Shown here piece by piece: positions 27,669 through 39,700 of a stretch of 64,000 nt of DNA. The position numbers were made by a program, and so were the translations under genes. How positions within the stretch are numbered: the stretch's first letter is position 1; each line of letters opens with the position of its first letter. The stretch is taken from assembly GCA_964572155.1 (NCBI GenBank), contig CAZNDZ010000001.1:271300-335299 (forward strand), given 5' to 3'. The DNA comes from an uncultured Planctomycetales bacterium. Lineage in GTDB: Bacteria > Omnitrophota > Gorgyraeia > Zapsychrales > Fredricksoniimonadaceae. The notes beneath the pieces are model-generated. The model searched no databases. It saw only the letters and a list, made by a program, of their open reading frames with translations, and was not told where the DNA came from.

Positions 27669-28163
27669 ATGCCATTAAAAATTTTTGTTTTTTGTACGGT
27701 TGCCTTGTGTTTAAGCGCACTTCCTTTAAAGGCTCAAGAAACTGCAGAAGCCGAAAAAGAAAATGCGCCGATAATAAATGAAGTGCTACCATCAGAGCCA
27801 GAAACTGTTGTTGTAGATGTCAAAGCGGAGCCTGCCGTAGAAAATGAAGAACCGGCACCTGTGCCAGAAGTTAAAGAAGTTCCTAAGGAAGAGCCTGCAG
27901 TGGGTGTCCCGCATATTTCCGGCGCTGATCCATCTATTGAAGAAAAAGAAAAGGTCAAAGAGGACCGTCGCGCCAGACGTGAAGCATGGATTAAGGCTCA
28001 CCCTGAGCAATTAAAAGTCATGCAAGAAAATCGTCTCAAGCGTCAACAATGGATGAAAGATCATCCTCAAGAAGCATTGCGCATGAAAGAAGAGATGCGC
28101 GTCAAACAATTAGAGCGTAAGCTTAAGATGCAGGCTGAGGCTGCTGCGAAATCAGCAAATTAA
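27669..28163 (+). CDS. Hypothetical secreted protein. The N-half is Pro/Glu/Val-rich and the C-half is a basic helix.
   Basis: Signal peptide MPLKIFVFCTVALCLSALPLKA. It is a low-complexity protein with no recognisable domain. Confidence 0.45.
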   Translation: MPLKIFVFCTVALCLSALPLKAQETAEAEKENAPIINEVLPSEPETVVVDVKAEPAVENEEPAPVPEVKEVPKEEPAVGVPHISGADPSIEEKEKVKEDRRARREAWIKAHPEQLKVMQENRLKRQQWMKDHPQEALRMKEEMRVKQLERKLKMQAEAAAKSAN

Positions 28164-29772
28164 TTTGTTGTAATGCTTCTTGTGCGTTTTGATCCTCTGG
28201 GTCAAAGCGCACAAGGACTTCAATATACTGCCGGGCCGTCTCATACCGTTTCAACCGCCAATACAAATCCGCCAGCGATCGATAGGAAAAAATAAATTTA
28301 GAATCAAGTTCGATCGCGCGTTTAAAATTGTTTTCTGCTAAATCCAATTGCCCAATGTCTCGATAGGTTCCTGCGATATTGTGATACGCCACAGGGTTTC
28401 TAGGGTCCATCTCAATGGCGCGTTTATACCAAATGAGTGCTTTATCTTGAATCCCTTTATCGGCATATTCCATGCCAAGATTATTGATCACCCGATAACT
28501 GGGTGCGTATTGAACAAGTTGTTCATAAAAACCAATGGCCGTGTGCCAATCCACATTACGACGGATATTGACAAAACAAAATAACCCTAAGATGACGGCG
28601 AGAACGCATGTCCCAATTTTATGCATGTTTTGTTTTTCAATATATGGCAAGATAACGCCAACAGCGACGATCACGATGCCAATCATGGGCATATACAGGA
28701 AGTGTTCGTAAACAACGGCATTGATGGGTACCAAGATGTTTGACGCTGGGGCAATGGCCATGAAGAACCAACAGCAACCAAAAGCAATGAGTGGGCGCGT
28801 GCGCCAGAATTTGAAAATACAAAATAACATCATCATAATGTAAATCCCACCAATGATCACATCTGGTTCAAATAAAGACTGCGCATATGGCATTTGGCGC
28901 TCAACGCGCAATTGATACGGCATAAAAATAAAACCAGCATATAGAAAGCAAGCTTTAAAGAAGGTGAGCAAGCGCAAGAAAATGCTATCGGTAAAGGCAT
29001 TGTGTTCATTGTAGAAGTTAAAAGAATTATTAAAGTTAAGCACTGTGCCGCGCATGATCACATAAATGATGGCCAAGGTGATAAAAGGCCAGAGTGTGGC
29101 TAGTGATTTGCCAATGCGTTTAAAGAGCGACCGATCTTGTTGCAAGACAAGCACATCCATCACAGGCAGCAAGCCGCAAAGCACAAAACCAGTTTCCTTG
29201 CTCATGATGGCGAGTGGGAAAAATATAAGGGAGAAGTAGAAATTTCGGCTAAGGAAAGCTGGTTTGCCGGACTGGCGAAAACGGGTAAAAAGCAAAAGCC
29301 CAGATAAGACAAAGAAGGTGGCCAGTGAGTCGCCTAAGCTGTTGACATAGACAATGGCTTCGTTGTGGACTGGGTGGGCTACAAATATAACCCCGACAAC
29401 AAAAGCTAAAACTTTATTGGCAAATAAACGGTTGATAAGAAAGAATAATAAAATACCGTCGATGCTATGAAAGAAAATGTTTAAGGCGTGCCACCCCGGC
29501 ACCCATGTGCCCCACGCATGATGTGCTAATGAAAACACGGTAAGTAAAACAGGGCGCCAATAATTGCTTAGTAAATATCCACCAGCAACCAAGTTCTCAC
29601 TAAAGAAGTTAGGAAAATATTTCCAATCTTTAATGTAGCGGTTCTTTAAAATGAAATCATCGTCGTCCCAAAACATTTCGTTTTGAAAGCAGTTGTGATA
29701 GGCGATGAGCCCCACTAACAAGATAATTGAGACGAGAAAATATTTATGTTGTAAGATTTTTTTCCAAGGCAT
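28123..29772 (-). CDS. Membrane glycosyltransferase-like protein (PMT/GT-C-like N-domain) with C-terminal TPR repeats
   Basis: N-terminal polytopic region with a DD-containing first loop (…FWDDDDFILKN…), typical of TPR-containing PMT_2-like bacterial proteins. The C-terminus is TPR-rich (…YKRAIEMDPRNPVAYHNIAGTY…). Confidence 0.75.
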   Translation of the reverse strand: MPWKKILQHKYFLVSIILLVGLIAYHNCFQNEMFWDDDDFILKNRYIKDWKYFPNFFSENLVAGGYLLSNYWRPVLLTVFSLAHHAWGTWVPGWHALNIFFHSIDGILLFFLINRLFANKVLAFVVGVIFVAHPVHNEAIVYVNSLGDSLATFFVLSGLLLFTRFRQSGKPAFLSRNFYFSLIFFPLAIMSKETGFVLCGLLPVMDVLVLQQDRSLFKRIGKSLATLWPFITLAIIYVIMRGTVLNFNNSFNFYNEHNAFTDSIFLRLLTFFKACFLYAGFIFMPYQLRVERQMPYAQSLFEPDVIIGGIYIMMMLFCIFKFWRTRPLIAFGCCWFFMAIAPASNILVPINAVVYEHFLYMPMIGIVIVAVGVILPYIEKQNMHKIGTCVLAVILGLFCFVNIRRNVDWHTAIGFYEQLVQYAPSYRVINNLGMEYADKGIQDKALIWYKRAIEMDPRNPVAYHNIAGTYRDIGQLDLAENNFKRAIELDSKFIFSYRSLADLYWRLKRYETARQYIEVLVRFDPEDQNAQEALQQINLLISQQPQPAS

Positions 29773-29861
29773 TAATTTTTCTTTCGTTGCGAAAACATTC
29801 TAATACAAAAATAAATTATTTATATCGCAAATATCTTAAATCATGATAATATTCAACCTAC

Positions 29862-30995
29862 ATGAAAATTCACGAATACCAAGGCCGAAATTTATTTTTA
29901 CAATATGAAATCCCTGTTGCGTCGGGCGACGTGTCCGCGACGGTTGAGGGCGCTAAAGCCATTGCCGCAAAAACAGGATATCCCGTCGTTATTAAGGCGC
30001 AAGTTTTAGTTGGTGGCCGCGGTAAGGCTGGCGGCGTTAAAGCTGTAGCCAATGAAACCGAACTCGTCAGTGAATTTACCCGCATTAAAAATTTAAATAT
30101 CAAAGGTTATGCCGTTGAAACCATTTTAGTGGCCAAGGCCATTGATATTAAAAAAGAATATTATGTCGCTGTCACAATCGATAATATTAAGGGCGATGTG
30201 GTCATCATCGCTTCTGCCGATGGTGGCGTTGAGATTGAAGAAACCGCCAAGACCAATCCTGAAAAGATCATTAAATTTTATATGAATGGCAGCCGCACGC
30301 TTGATGAAGCGCGCTGGATCCCTGTTGTGCAACGCCTATTTTTAGATACCCGTTTGCAAAAAAGCGCCACGGCTATCGTCGAGAAATTGTTGAAATTATT
30401 CTTTGAAAAAGATTGTGCGTTGGCTGAAATCAATCCATTTGTCATCAACGGCGAAGGTAATTTGATGGCTGCAGATGCAAAGGTGATCATTGACGACAAT
30501 GCGTTGTATCGTCAAGTCGAAGTAGCCAAGCTCATGGATTTGAAATATGAAGATGCCGATGAATTGGAAGCCAAAGAAAAGGGTTTAAGCTTTGTGAAGT
30601 TGGAAGGCAATGTGGGTTGTATAGTTAATGGCGCAGGTTTGGCCATGGGCACCATGGATGCGGTTAATTTGCTTGGCGGTAAACCAGCTAACTTCCTAGA
30701 TGTCGGTGGCAGCTCAAATCCTGAAAAAGTTTTAAACGCGCTTAAAATCATCTTACGCAACAAAGACATCAAGGTTATCCTCATTAATATTTTTGGCGGC
30801 ATCACCCGTTGTGATGATATTGCAACCGGTATTTTGACCGCTTTAAAACAAATCGATATTAAAGTGCCATTGGTTATTCGTTTGACGGGAACCAATGAAA
30901 AAGAAGCGAAAGATATGTTAACCGCCGCAGGTTTGACGACATTTACATCCATGCGTCAGGCTGTTACCCAAGCGGTTGCATACGCAAATAAATAA
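29862..30995 (+). CDS. sucC: Succinyl-CoA synthetase beta subunit
   Basis: ATP-grasp N-domain ([12 protein letters not shown]…) followed by a CoA-ligase domain. Confidence 0.9.
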   Translation: MKIHEYQGRNLFLQYEIPVASGDVSATVEGAKAIAAKTGYPVVIKAQVLVGGRGKAGGVKAVANETELVSEFTRIKNLNIKGYAVETILVAKAIDIKKEYYVAVTIDNIKGDVVIIASADGGVEIEETAKTNPEKIIKFYMNGSRTLDEARWIPVVQRLFLDTRLQKSATAIVEKLLKLFFEKDCALAEINPFVINGEGNLMAADAKVIIDDNALYRQVEVAKLMDLKYEDADELEAKEKGLSFVKLEGNVGCIVNGAGLAMGTMDAVNLLGGKPANFLDVGGSSNPEKVLNALKIILRNKDIKVILINIFGGITRCDDIATGILTALKQIDIKVPLVIRLTGTNEKEAKDMLTAAGLTTFTSMRQAVTQAVAYANK

Positions 30996-30996
30996 T

Positions 30997-31863
30997 ATGG
31001 CAATCCTGATTAACGAAAATACAAAAGTCATTGTTCAAGGCATCACCGGCCGCGATGGTTCTTTCCATGCAAAGCAAATGAAAGAATATGGCACTAAGGT
31101 CGTTGGCGGGGTTACGCCAGGCAAAGGCGGCCAAAACGTCGACGGTATTCCTGTTTTTAATGGCGTTAAAGAAGCTAAAGATGCAACAGGGGCGAATGCG
31201 GCAGTTATTTATGTGCCAGCGAAATTTGCTAAAGATGCAATGCTCGAAGACATTGCTAACGGCATTGAATTGATCATTTGTATCACCGAAGGTGTTCCAG
31301 TTTTGGACATGGTGGAAGTTAAAAAAGCATTAAATAACAGCAAGTGCCGTTTGATTGGGCCAAATTGCCCAGGGCTTATATCCCCAGGGAAATCGAAGAT
31401 TGGTATTATGCCAGGTCACATCCATAAGGCTGGTAATATTGGCGTTGTGTCACGTTCGGGAACATTGACCTATGAAGTTGTTTATAATTTAACAGCCAAT
31501 AACATGGGGCAAAGCTCTTGTGTTGGTTTAGGCGGCGATCCGATCATTGGTACGCGCTTTGTTGATATTTTAAAAATGTTCCAAGATGATCCTGACACTG
31601 CAGGCATTGTCATGGTCGGTGAAATTGGCGGCGGTGACGAGCAAACAGCCGCAGAATTCATCAAGAGCTATGTGAAAAAACCCGTTGTGTCATTCATTGC
31701 AGGCCGCACTGCACCAACAGGCAAACGCATGGGGCATGCTGGCGCGATCATTTCCTCCGGTGATTCCACTGCAGAAGCTAAAATGCAAATGTTGCGCGAT
31801 GCGGGCGTAACGGTCATTGATTTTCCAGACGAAATTCCTCAGGCTTTAGCCAAGCGTTTGTGA
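30997..31863 (+). CDS. sucD: Succinyl-CoA synthetase alpha subunit
   Basis: [24 protein letters not shown]…, and the catalytic His region [10 protein letters not shown]. Confidence 0.9.
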   Translation: MAILINENTKVIVQGITGRDGSFHAKQMKEYGTKVVGGVTPGKGGQNVDGIPVFNGVKEAKDATGANAAVIYVPAKFAKDAMLEDIANGIELIICITEGVPVLDMVEVKKALNNSKCRLIGPNCPGLISPGKSKIGIMPGHIHKAGNIGVVSRSGTLTYEVVYNLTANNMGQSSCVGLGGDPIIGTRFVDILKMFQDDPDTAGIVMVGEIGGGDEQTAAEFIKSYVKKPVVSFIAGRTAPTGKRMGHAGAIISSGDSTAEAKMQMLRDAGVTVIDFPDEIPQALAKRL

Positions 31864-31879
31864 TACAATTCTTCTTGTC

Positions 31880-32989
31880 ATGAAGAAAATCAAAAAACCC
31901 ATTAAGAATATTTTCATTTCTGCGATTCACCAAAACGCTGGTAAGACCACCATTTCATTGGGCCTATTTAAAAACTTCCAAGAACGTAAATTAAAGACCA
32001 CCTTCATGAAACCCGTCGGGCAAGAGACGGTGACCTATGAAGAAAAGGCCATTGATAAAGATACGTATTTGATGGGTGAAGTCTATCACTGCAAAAAGCA
32101 CATCAAGGACATGAGTCCTGTTACCGTCGGTAAAGGGTATACAGAAAAGTATATCTTAAATCCACAAAAAGATGAGTTACAGGCGCGTATTTTAAAATCT
32201 TTTCAAACCTTGTCCAAAGGCAAAGATGCGATCATTGTTGAGGGTACGGGTCATGCAGGGGTTGGCGCGGTCATTGATTGTTCCAATGCTGATGTGGCGG
32301 CTTTGCTTGATTCTAAGGTCATCATCATCTCCCAAGGGGGGATTGGTCGCGCCATCGACGAGATTATGCTTAATAAGGCCTTATTTGATTTGCGGCATGC
32401 GGATGTGTTGGGCGTTATCATAAATAAAGTGCATGCGGATAAATTGGATAAAATTAAAAGCATTGTTGGTAAAGGGCTTGAACGTAAAGGCATTCGATTG
32501 CTTGGTGTTATCCCCGAGATGGAAATGTTAAGCGCGCCTACTGTTGCTCAAATCAAAGAACGTTTGGATTTAAAAGTTTTTTCTGGCGCTGAAAACATGA
32601 ATACGCGCGTTTCCGACGCTATTGTTGCAGCCATGGAGCCTTATAATATGATTGGCCACTTGCACGAAGGCGCCTTGGTTATCACTTCGGGTGATCGGGT
32701 TGATAATATTTTAGTTGCCGTGTCTTCTTATTTGTTGCAACAAGGACGTAGCGTTAAGGTGGCGGGATTGATTTTAACCGGAGGCTTGACCCCGGATGCT
32801 AAAATCGCGGGTTTGCTTAAAGATAGCCGCATCCCTGTGCTATATTCTCAAAGCGAAACCTATACGATTGCTGCCGCGATCGAAAACATGACCCCCAAGA
32901 TTCAAAAAACCGACAAAGACAAGATTCGCGAAGCCCACCGCTTGGTCAAAAATTACGTGGATGTCGATTTAATCCTACAGAATTTATAG
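31880..32989 (+). CDS. Standalone phosphotransacetylase-N-terminal-like protein (P-loop AAA_26 plus DRTGG domains). It has no PTA catalytic domain.
   Basis: P-loop-like HQNAGKTT near the N-terminus and …ITSGDRVDNILVAV… (DRTGG-type) near the C-terminus. At 369 aa it equals only the N-terminal regulatory half of class II Pta. Confidence 0.7.
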   Translation: MKKIKKPIKNIFISAIHQNAGKTTISLGLFKNFQERKLKTTFMKPVGQETVTYEEKAIDKDTYLMGEVYHCKKHIKDMSPVTVGKGYTEKYILNPQKDELQARILKSFQTLSKGKDAIIVEGTGHAGVGAVIDCSNADVAALLDSKVIIISQGGIGRAIDEIMLNKALFDLRHADVLGVIINKVHADKLDKIKSIVGKGLERKGIRLLGVIPEMEMLSAPTVAQIKERLDLKVFSGAENMNTRVSDAIVAAMEPYNMIGHLHEGALVITSGDRVDNILVAVSSYLLQQGRSVKVAGLILTGGLTPDAKIAGLLKDSRIPVLYSQSETYTIAAAIENMTPKIQKTDKDKIREAHRLVKNYVDVDLILQNL

Positions 32990-33005
32990 TAATTACAACA
33001 CTATA

Positions 33006-33042
33006 ATCGCATAGCGACATGCGATTTCTTGTAGTTATTTTT
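33006..33042 (+). terminator. Hairpin ATCGCAT-AGCGAC-ATGCGAT followed by TTCTTGTAGTTATTTTT. It is a possible terminator after the DRTGG gene.
   Basis: A 7-bp perfect stem with a 6-nt loop. The downstream region is T-rich but interrupted. Confidence 0.35.
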
Positions 33043-33213
33043 GATATTAATCAATAATTTTAATGAAATTGTCGTAAACCATTGCAGTATATAGAATTAA
33101 AAGTCTACAAAATTAACCCCTCGTCTTGATTTTTATCTTATCCGTGGTATATTTAATAGGTAACGTTTTCTAGTGAAGGTCCAACTATCCAATCTTGCAG
33201 AATTGAGTAAATA

Positions 33214-36200
33214 ATGGTTTCCAAAAGAAGCATCCTAAGCGCAGCAATTTTAATTTCATTCCTATTTACAACCATTATCCCTGCCAACCGCGTTTTTGCA
33301 CTTGAAAGCACCCTTTTAACATTACCAAAACCTGGGACCATGGTTGCTGTCAGTCAACCGCTGGTGCCTGTTATGCTTAAAGGCTTACAGATTAATCCCA
33401 AAAATCCGTTGATCGTTGATTTCTTAGTTTCAAAAGGCGATGAGGTTTTAGGCCAAGCGCAATATTACAAAGAAATTGAAACCTTAGCCCGATATTTCCT
33501 CGCCAGCATGGCCATTCCAGAAGATCAATTATGGGTTAACTTATCCCCATTTGAAAAAGACAAGATCATAACCGACCCTTTAAGTCAAACCGAGATGGGC
33601 CAAAATATGTTGGCGCAAGATTATTTGCTTAAGCAATTAACAGCGTCGATGATTTACCCTGAAAAATCATTGGGGAAAGAATTTTGGAGCCGTATTTATG
33701 AACAAGCCAAGAATAAAACAGGTAATGCGAATATTCCTGTTAATACCTTTAATAAGGTGTGGATCTTAGCCGACACAGCCAATGCCGTTGAAAAAGGCAA
33801 CACCGTCATGATCACCGATGCGCATTTGAAAGTCATGTTGGAAGAAGATTATTTAGCCGCTAAGAAGCATGATGTTGTCTCAAACAATGAAAATTCTAGA
33901 ATCATCAGAGAGCTCATCATTCCGGAACTAGAAAAAGAAGTAAATACAGGCAAAAATTTCGCCCCATTGCGCCAAATCTTCAATGCTTTTGTGTTGTCTG
34001 TTTGGTATAAGCAAAACCTAAAACAATCCATCCTCAATCAAGTTTACGCCGATAAAACCAAACTGGGCGGCATCGAAGCCAAAGACAGACAAGCCAAACA
34101 AAAGATCTATGAGCGTTATATCCAAGCTTATAAGAAGGGCGTATTCAATTACATTAGAGAAGACAAAACACAGGGTGTCTCACAGCCACGCAAATATTTC
34201 TCAGGCGGAGAAGTCATCTCAGCGCAACATGTGAAATTTACCCGTGATGCAGCGATGTTTGCCGAGGCATTAACAAAGCCGTTGGATAGGGCGCGAGTTG
34301 AATTTGATGCAGCCATGAGAAGCGATGATCGCGGCAATTTCTTGTCTGTGATCGATAATGCAAACACGGATAATTTGCCCGAAGCAGCGGTTGCTATTCT
34401 TGAACAGCGCGCCAAAGACATTACAACAAGCGTCATAACAAAAAATGTGATTGAAGAAACACAGTCATTAGGGATACCCGTTAACATTAGGGTTAAGGAA
34501 ATAGCAGACCAAGATAATGTTTATAATGCCGAAAACATCATACAAAATGGCTATATCATTGAATATTCAAATGACATTAATCGTGAAAAAGGTGAAGGCG
34601 ATGCGGTTATTTATGTAACCAGTAGCTTTAGAAAGAAAATCGCTGATAACAATGGGTTGTTTTATTTTTATGTAAGAAAGATTCTAAAGATATATGAAAC
34701 GTCGGGCAATGCTGGCAGACAAAAAGAAGTGGATTTTATAAAAGCAAAAATAGAAGATGAAAAGCAAAGATTGAATGGGAGGGCAAAGATTGAAAAATCT
34801 TTGGCTTTAAGGATTCCTCCTGAAAGTTTCCCATGGGTATTGTTAGAGCGCGAAGCCAATGCATTATTAATCAATCCAACGTTATCGAAAGAACAGCGGA
34901 GCCCAGAGTATTTCAAAGAACGCGTAAAACACATTTTCCCAAATAGAAAGTTTAAGAAGATTGTTGTTCCGGGAACAGTGGCGTTTGAAGCATCGCAAGA
35001 AGCGTATCGATTGATGAAGAACAATGCTAATTTAAAGCTTATCAATGCCATGGATGGTGTGGCAAATTATGCAGATACAATCCCATCCACGGTCAAAGGG
35101 ATGATGGATCGTTTGAAAGAAGGCAAGCCTATTACCTTTGCATTTGGTGCTTCGAAATATAATCCGTCCTCTATCGCACACATTTCTGTCACCTTAGACG
35201 GAACATTCGCTCAAACAGGTGCATCCAGTTACATTGTCAATGTAACGCTCGAAGATGTCCGCAAGCCCTCGGTAAAAAAGTCAGCAAAGTCTCGTCTTAA
35301 ATTAGCCAAGGCGGATATCGAAGGTATTTTTAAGAATTTATTTACCATCTTAGATGTGAGTGAGCCAATCAATGGGTATGATCTAGGAAAATATAATGGG
35401 GAAGAAGTCTTCTTTCTAATTATCAAAATGTTAATACCTTATGGTTTGCAGGGTCCGCAATATTATGTCGCTGGTGAAGACCATTACTTTATTTTTGCAC
35501 CGTTGGGCAATGATCCTCAAAGCAAGTTCATTCAGTGGGATTTGATGGAAAATGAAAATGTACGGCAGCATTATACGTTTTATGCCAGCGAGTTTAATGG
35601 GGATGATTGGAAAACGTATCAAGAATTAGTTCGTCGTCAGGTGGTGTTGAGTAAAAATTTAGGACCAAGCACGGAAGCTAGATCCTTCTATTCAGATGAG
35701 GATAGTGCGCTCGATCGTAACGTTAAAGAAGGTATTATTAATGGCATCATTCAGGCTAAGACAAAAGAAAGATTGCTAGATGTTATGAATGCCGCGTCGA
35801 CGTTGCCCCGTTTTGATACAGCGGGTAAGGCGGTGGCAATTAACTTAGAGCATGACATACAAAAGAGTAGCGTTAAGGCGGTTTTGGTTCTTCCTCATCG
35901 ACAAGGTGCGCGGGGGCACGATAGTTTAAGAGATCAATTGGTTGAGGAGAAGAAACTAATCGTTATGCCCATGGAAGGGATCAAGCATGCTGTTTCAGCA
36001 ACAACTAATAGAAAATTCTTAGAACAAATTTTAACAGGCGTCTTTGATTATAATTATGGTTACGGGTTGACTATGGAAACCATGGAAAATATGAACAAAG
36101 ATCCCGAAATATTTCGCATCCTTGTACGACAAAGCGGCGTTAAGTTGCCCTTAGCATTACCATTGTTAATGCCAGAGCCGAGCGAACTAAAGGATTCAGT

Positions 36201-36720
36201 TAAACAAAAAGATTTTGAATTAAAAAGAGAGTTGCTAAAGTTAGGCGCACATCATGAAGAGGGCACAACACCTGCAGGCGATGAGTCGTACATTAAAGTG
36301 TTTGATGCGATGGGCAAGGAAGCCGTTTTTGTTGAATATTACATTGTAAATGGTCTAGATGAGCATGAGGGCGGGAGATTAAAAGATAAGAATACTGTAG
36401 AATACACGAAGATCACCGTCAATAAAGAAAGCCCAAATGGCCAAAAGATTTTAAAGCTCATTGAGGATTATGTGAAGCATTTAAATGATGCTGCGATGGT
36501 TTCTAAAGATATTGTGAATACGACACGCAATGAAAATAATGTGGGCGGTATCGAGCTTAATCGGAAAGATTTGAATTTGAATGTTACAAAAGAAGGGCAG
36601 GGGTTGCAGTTTGAGATGGATCCTGTTTTGTTGGAAGAGTTGAAGTCAGATAATTTTGGTGGGTTTAGACCGACGGTGTTGAGCATCACACCATTGAGGG
36701 CAAGCCCTGCATTGAATTAA
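33214..36720 (+). CDS. Giant secreted protein A (1168 aa). It has a signal peptide, a conserved N-domain (shared with B), a variable core and a conserved ~50-aa C-terminal module.
   Basis: A long uninterrupted ORF with signal peptide MVSKRSILSAAILISFLFTTIIPANRVFA. Residues ~30-340 are ~60% identical to protein B. The last ~50 aa align with B's C-terminus. Confidence 0.8.
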   Translation: MVSKRSILSAAILISFLFTTIIPANRVFALESTLLTLPKPGTMVAVSQPLVPVMLKGLQINPKNPLIVDFLVSKGDEVLGQAQYYKEIETLARYFLASMAIPEDQLWVNLSPFEKDKIITDPLSQTEMGQNMLAQDYLLKQLTASMIYPEKSLGKEFWSRIYEQAKNKTGNANIPVNTFNKVWILADTANAVEKGNTVMITDAHLKVMLEEDYLAAKKHDVVSNNENSRIIRELIIPELEKEVNTGKNFAPLRQIFNAFVLSVWYKQNLKQSILNQVYADKTKLGGIEAKDRQAKQKIYERYIQAYKKGVFNYIREDKTQGVSQPRKYFSGGEVISAQHVKFTRDAAMFAEALTKPLDRARVEFDAAMRSDDRGNFLSVIDNANTDNLPEAAVAILEQRAKDITTSVITKNVIEETQSLGIPVNIRVKEIADQDNVYNAENIIQNGYIIEYSNDINREKGEGDAVIYVTSSFRKKIADNNGLFYFYVRKILKIYETSGNAGRQKEVDFIKAKIEDEKQRLNGRAKIEKSLALRIPPESFPWVLLEREANALLINPTLSKEQRSPEYFKERVKHIFPNRKFKKIVVPGTVAFEASQEAYRLMKNNANLKLINAMDGVANYADTIPSTVKGMMDRLKEGKPITFAFGASKYNPSSIAHISVTLDGTFAQTGASSYIVNVTLEDVRKPSVKKSAKSRLKLAKADIEGIFKNLFTILDVSEPINGYDLGKYNGEEVFFLIIKMLIPYGLQGPQYYVAGEDHYFIFAPLGNDPQSKFIQWDLMENENVRQHYTFYASEFNGDDWKTYQELVRRQVVLSKNLGPSTEARSFYSDEDSALDRNVKEGIINGIIQAKTKERLLDVMNAASTLPRFDTAGKAVAINLEHDIQKSSVKAVLVLPHRQGARGHDSLRDQLVEEKKLIVMPMEGIKHAVSATTNRKFLEQILTGVFDYNYGYGLTMETMENMNKDPEIFRILVRQSGVKLPLALPLLMPEPSELKDSVKQKDFELKRELLKLGAHHEEGTTPAGDESYIKVFDAMGKEAVFVEYYIVNGLDEHEGGRLKDKNTVEYTKITVNKESPNGQKILKLIEDYVKHLNDAAMVSKDIVNTTRNENNVGGIELNRKDLNLNVTKEGQGLQFEMDPVLLEELKSDNFGGFRPTVLSITPLRASPALN

Positions 36721-36791
36721 GAGGGCAACAACATTGATGTTGTTGCGTATCGATTAACATGGATGTTAAACGTAATTCCAAGGAGTTTTAC

Positions 36792-39700
36792 ATGAACGGA
36801 TGTCGCAAATACATTTCTTTAACGGTGTTGGTCGCTTTCTTTTGCTCGACGTTGACGCCCATTAAAAATGCCAATGCTGCGCCTTTGGTTGCGGGTTTAC
36901 CCACGCCTGGGGCCATGGTCAATTTAAGCGCAACATATACGCCGCTATTGATCAAAGGCTTGCGTGTTCATCCAGAAAATCCATTGGTGTTTGATTTTAT
37001 CGTCGACACAGGCAACTCGCCCATTAAGAGCGACTCTAAAGAATTGCGTGCGCAGTCCGAAAAGCTCATCAAATATTTTTTAGCGACATTAACCATCCCC
37101 GAGAAAGATTTGTGGGTCAACCTTTCTCCTTATGAAAAAGATCGCATCATCGAAGAACCATTAGGCCAAACCGAACTAGGCCGCGACATGTTGGCGCAAG
37201 ATTACTTGCTCAAACAATTAACTGCCTCCTTGGTTTATCCTGAAAAAGAATTAGGTAAGAAATTTTGGGACAAAGTTTATGCTCAAGCCCGCGAACGTTT
37301 TGGTGTTACCAATATTCCGGTCAACACGTTTAACAAAGTTTGGATTTTGCCTGATCAAGCCGACATTTTTGTCCGCAACAACACAGCCTTTGTTGTTAAT
37401 GGTCATTTGAAAGTTATGCTTGAGGAAGATTATTTGGCATCAAAGAAAAACAGCGTCGCTAGCAGCAGTGAGAATTCTCAAATTATTCGGGAGATTATTT
37501 TGCCTGAGATTGAAAAAGAAGTTAATCAAGGTCAAAATTTTGCCCCATTGCGTCAAATCTTTAATTCCATGATTTTAGCGACGTGGTACAAAAAAAGCCT
37601 CAAAGAAGCGCTGCTCAACCAAGTGTATGCAAATAAAGCCAAGATCAATGGCGTCGATGCAGATGATAAAGCGATTAAAGCCAAGATTTACGAACAATAT
37701 TTACAAGCCTATAAGAAGGGTGTTTTTAATTATATCAAAGAGACAAACACATCAAATGGTCAAGTTACCCCCAAGAAGTATTTCTCCGGCGGGGAAGTCT
37801 TTACTAATATCCCTGTAAGTGAAATTTCAAATCCTTCACCCGCAATGATTGCACCAGCAGGCAGTTTATTTTCTGTGAATGCAGCGATGAGTAGCAGCGC
37901 TACTGTTTATAGAGCGGCAAGATTAAATGGTCTTGAGAAAGCTCAAAAAGCTAAAGAAGATGAAATAAATACCACGGTTAATCGTTATTTTGAAGCTTTG
38001 CAATATGCAGAACCACTTCAACAAAGACAGGTAGCTGAATATCAGGGTTTGGCTAGATTTATTTTGGAGGACTTAGATGAGCATGTTGATTCAGCGACGA
38101 GAAAGAAGCTCATTGCAAGCGTCATGACAAACATTGTGGGTTGGGCAAAGCAAGATCTAGATGGGAAATTGGATCCAAATGCAAAAGCTGTTTTTTCTTT
38201 AACAGCGTTTCCAATCATTCATTGGGGACACATCGAGTTGATCTTAAGAACGCTCAATCAAAAACATTTGTCTGGCCTTTCACTAGATCTTAGTGCTCAA
38301 AGTGCGAATAATCCATTAATTGGGGCTTCGTATGAGGACAGGATGTATTTGTTAAAAATCATGTTGCAAAGGTTTAATGGAAGTTTCTCGAGAGACAAAT
38401 TGACAGCGATTAATGAAGATCAGCGTCCAGAAGAAACCGGCGAACGCAGGCTTTTGGAGAGCATCAAAACAGCCAATAAAGGACAAACGCTTTATTATCC
38501 TGTTGGAAAAGGCTATGAGAGTACTATAGAACAATTTGCTGCATGGGCGCGAAATTCAGAGAATGCTAAGATTCTCGAAGAAAGGGATTTAAAACTCGTT
38601 GTTCTCGTCAATAGATTAAGCGAAGCTCAAAAAGTTTCTGCTAAACAAATAGCAAACAGGGTTAGTGTGGAAGTTTTAGATGGTGTTGATTTAGGCATTA
38701 ATAACACCGCCATCAGAGCGGGGCTCGCAAGCACTCCTAATAAGCCAGCAATTAACGGCATATGGTTTATTCCAAAGTCATTGGTTTTGCATCTTGCACG
38801 CATATCTCCAAGCACTTTAGGAAATATCATGGGGATTCCCGACATTCTTAAAGACATTGATCAAAAAGGCATGAGTTCAAGCATTGCTGTCTTAAAAGAC
38901 TTTATTGATAATGTTTATTCTGCACAAGGAAATTACCTGATCACAGAAGAGATTGTAGAGTTGTTCATGCCCAATCTAGCAGATGATAAAAAACAGGTTT
39001 TGGCGGATAAAATGCAATCTCTGTTGGATAAAGCGATGACTCAAATTAATCCAAGAGAAGTTGCTGCCGGCATCAGGTTTTGGGAAGGGTTGGATAAGAC
39101 AACAGTTATTAAGGGTGATTATTGGGCTTTACAAGAAAAGGATGTGTCGGATTTAGACAGCATTTCAGCATCTGAAGGTAAAGAATTGGAAAGCATTGGC
39201 GCCAATACCTTGAGAAATGGCCAAATTGCGGTGATGGGGCTTTGGGCAGGCGCAAGCTCTAGAATGAATACACATGAAGCGCCAGCTGAGATTAAGAAGA
39301 TAGTTAAGGGAAAAGAATTAGGGTCAAAAGCAGTTGTTCCAATTGGACAATATAATGGCGATGTTATTACGTATGCCGATATTGCCGCGTTTAATTTAAA
39401 GCGATTATTTGATCAGATCGATGCAGCTGCTAAAAAGGCAGGCATTGTGTCTAATGTTACTAATAATGTCGTTGGTTTTATGACCAATGATGCGTATCAA
39501 TCAGAACATGATGCAATGTTTATAGCGCATCAAAATTATGGCATGAAGAATCCCATACATTCATTCAGACAGCGCTTAGGTCCTATTTTTCAAGCACGTC
39601 CAATTGATGTTGAGAAATATTTTGGAGAAGAAAATAAACAAACATTTAAAAATGAAGAAGAGCGAAGTGCTTGGAGACAGAAAAAAGAAAGAGCTTTGAA

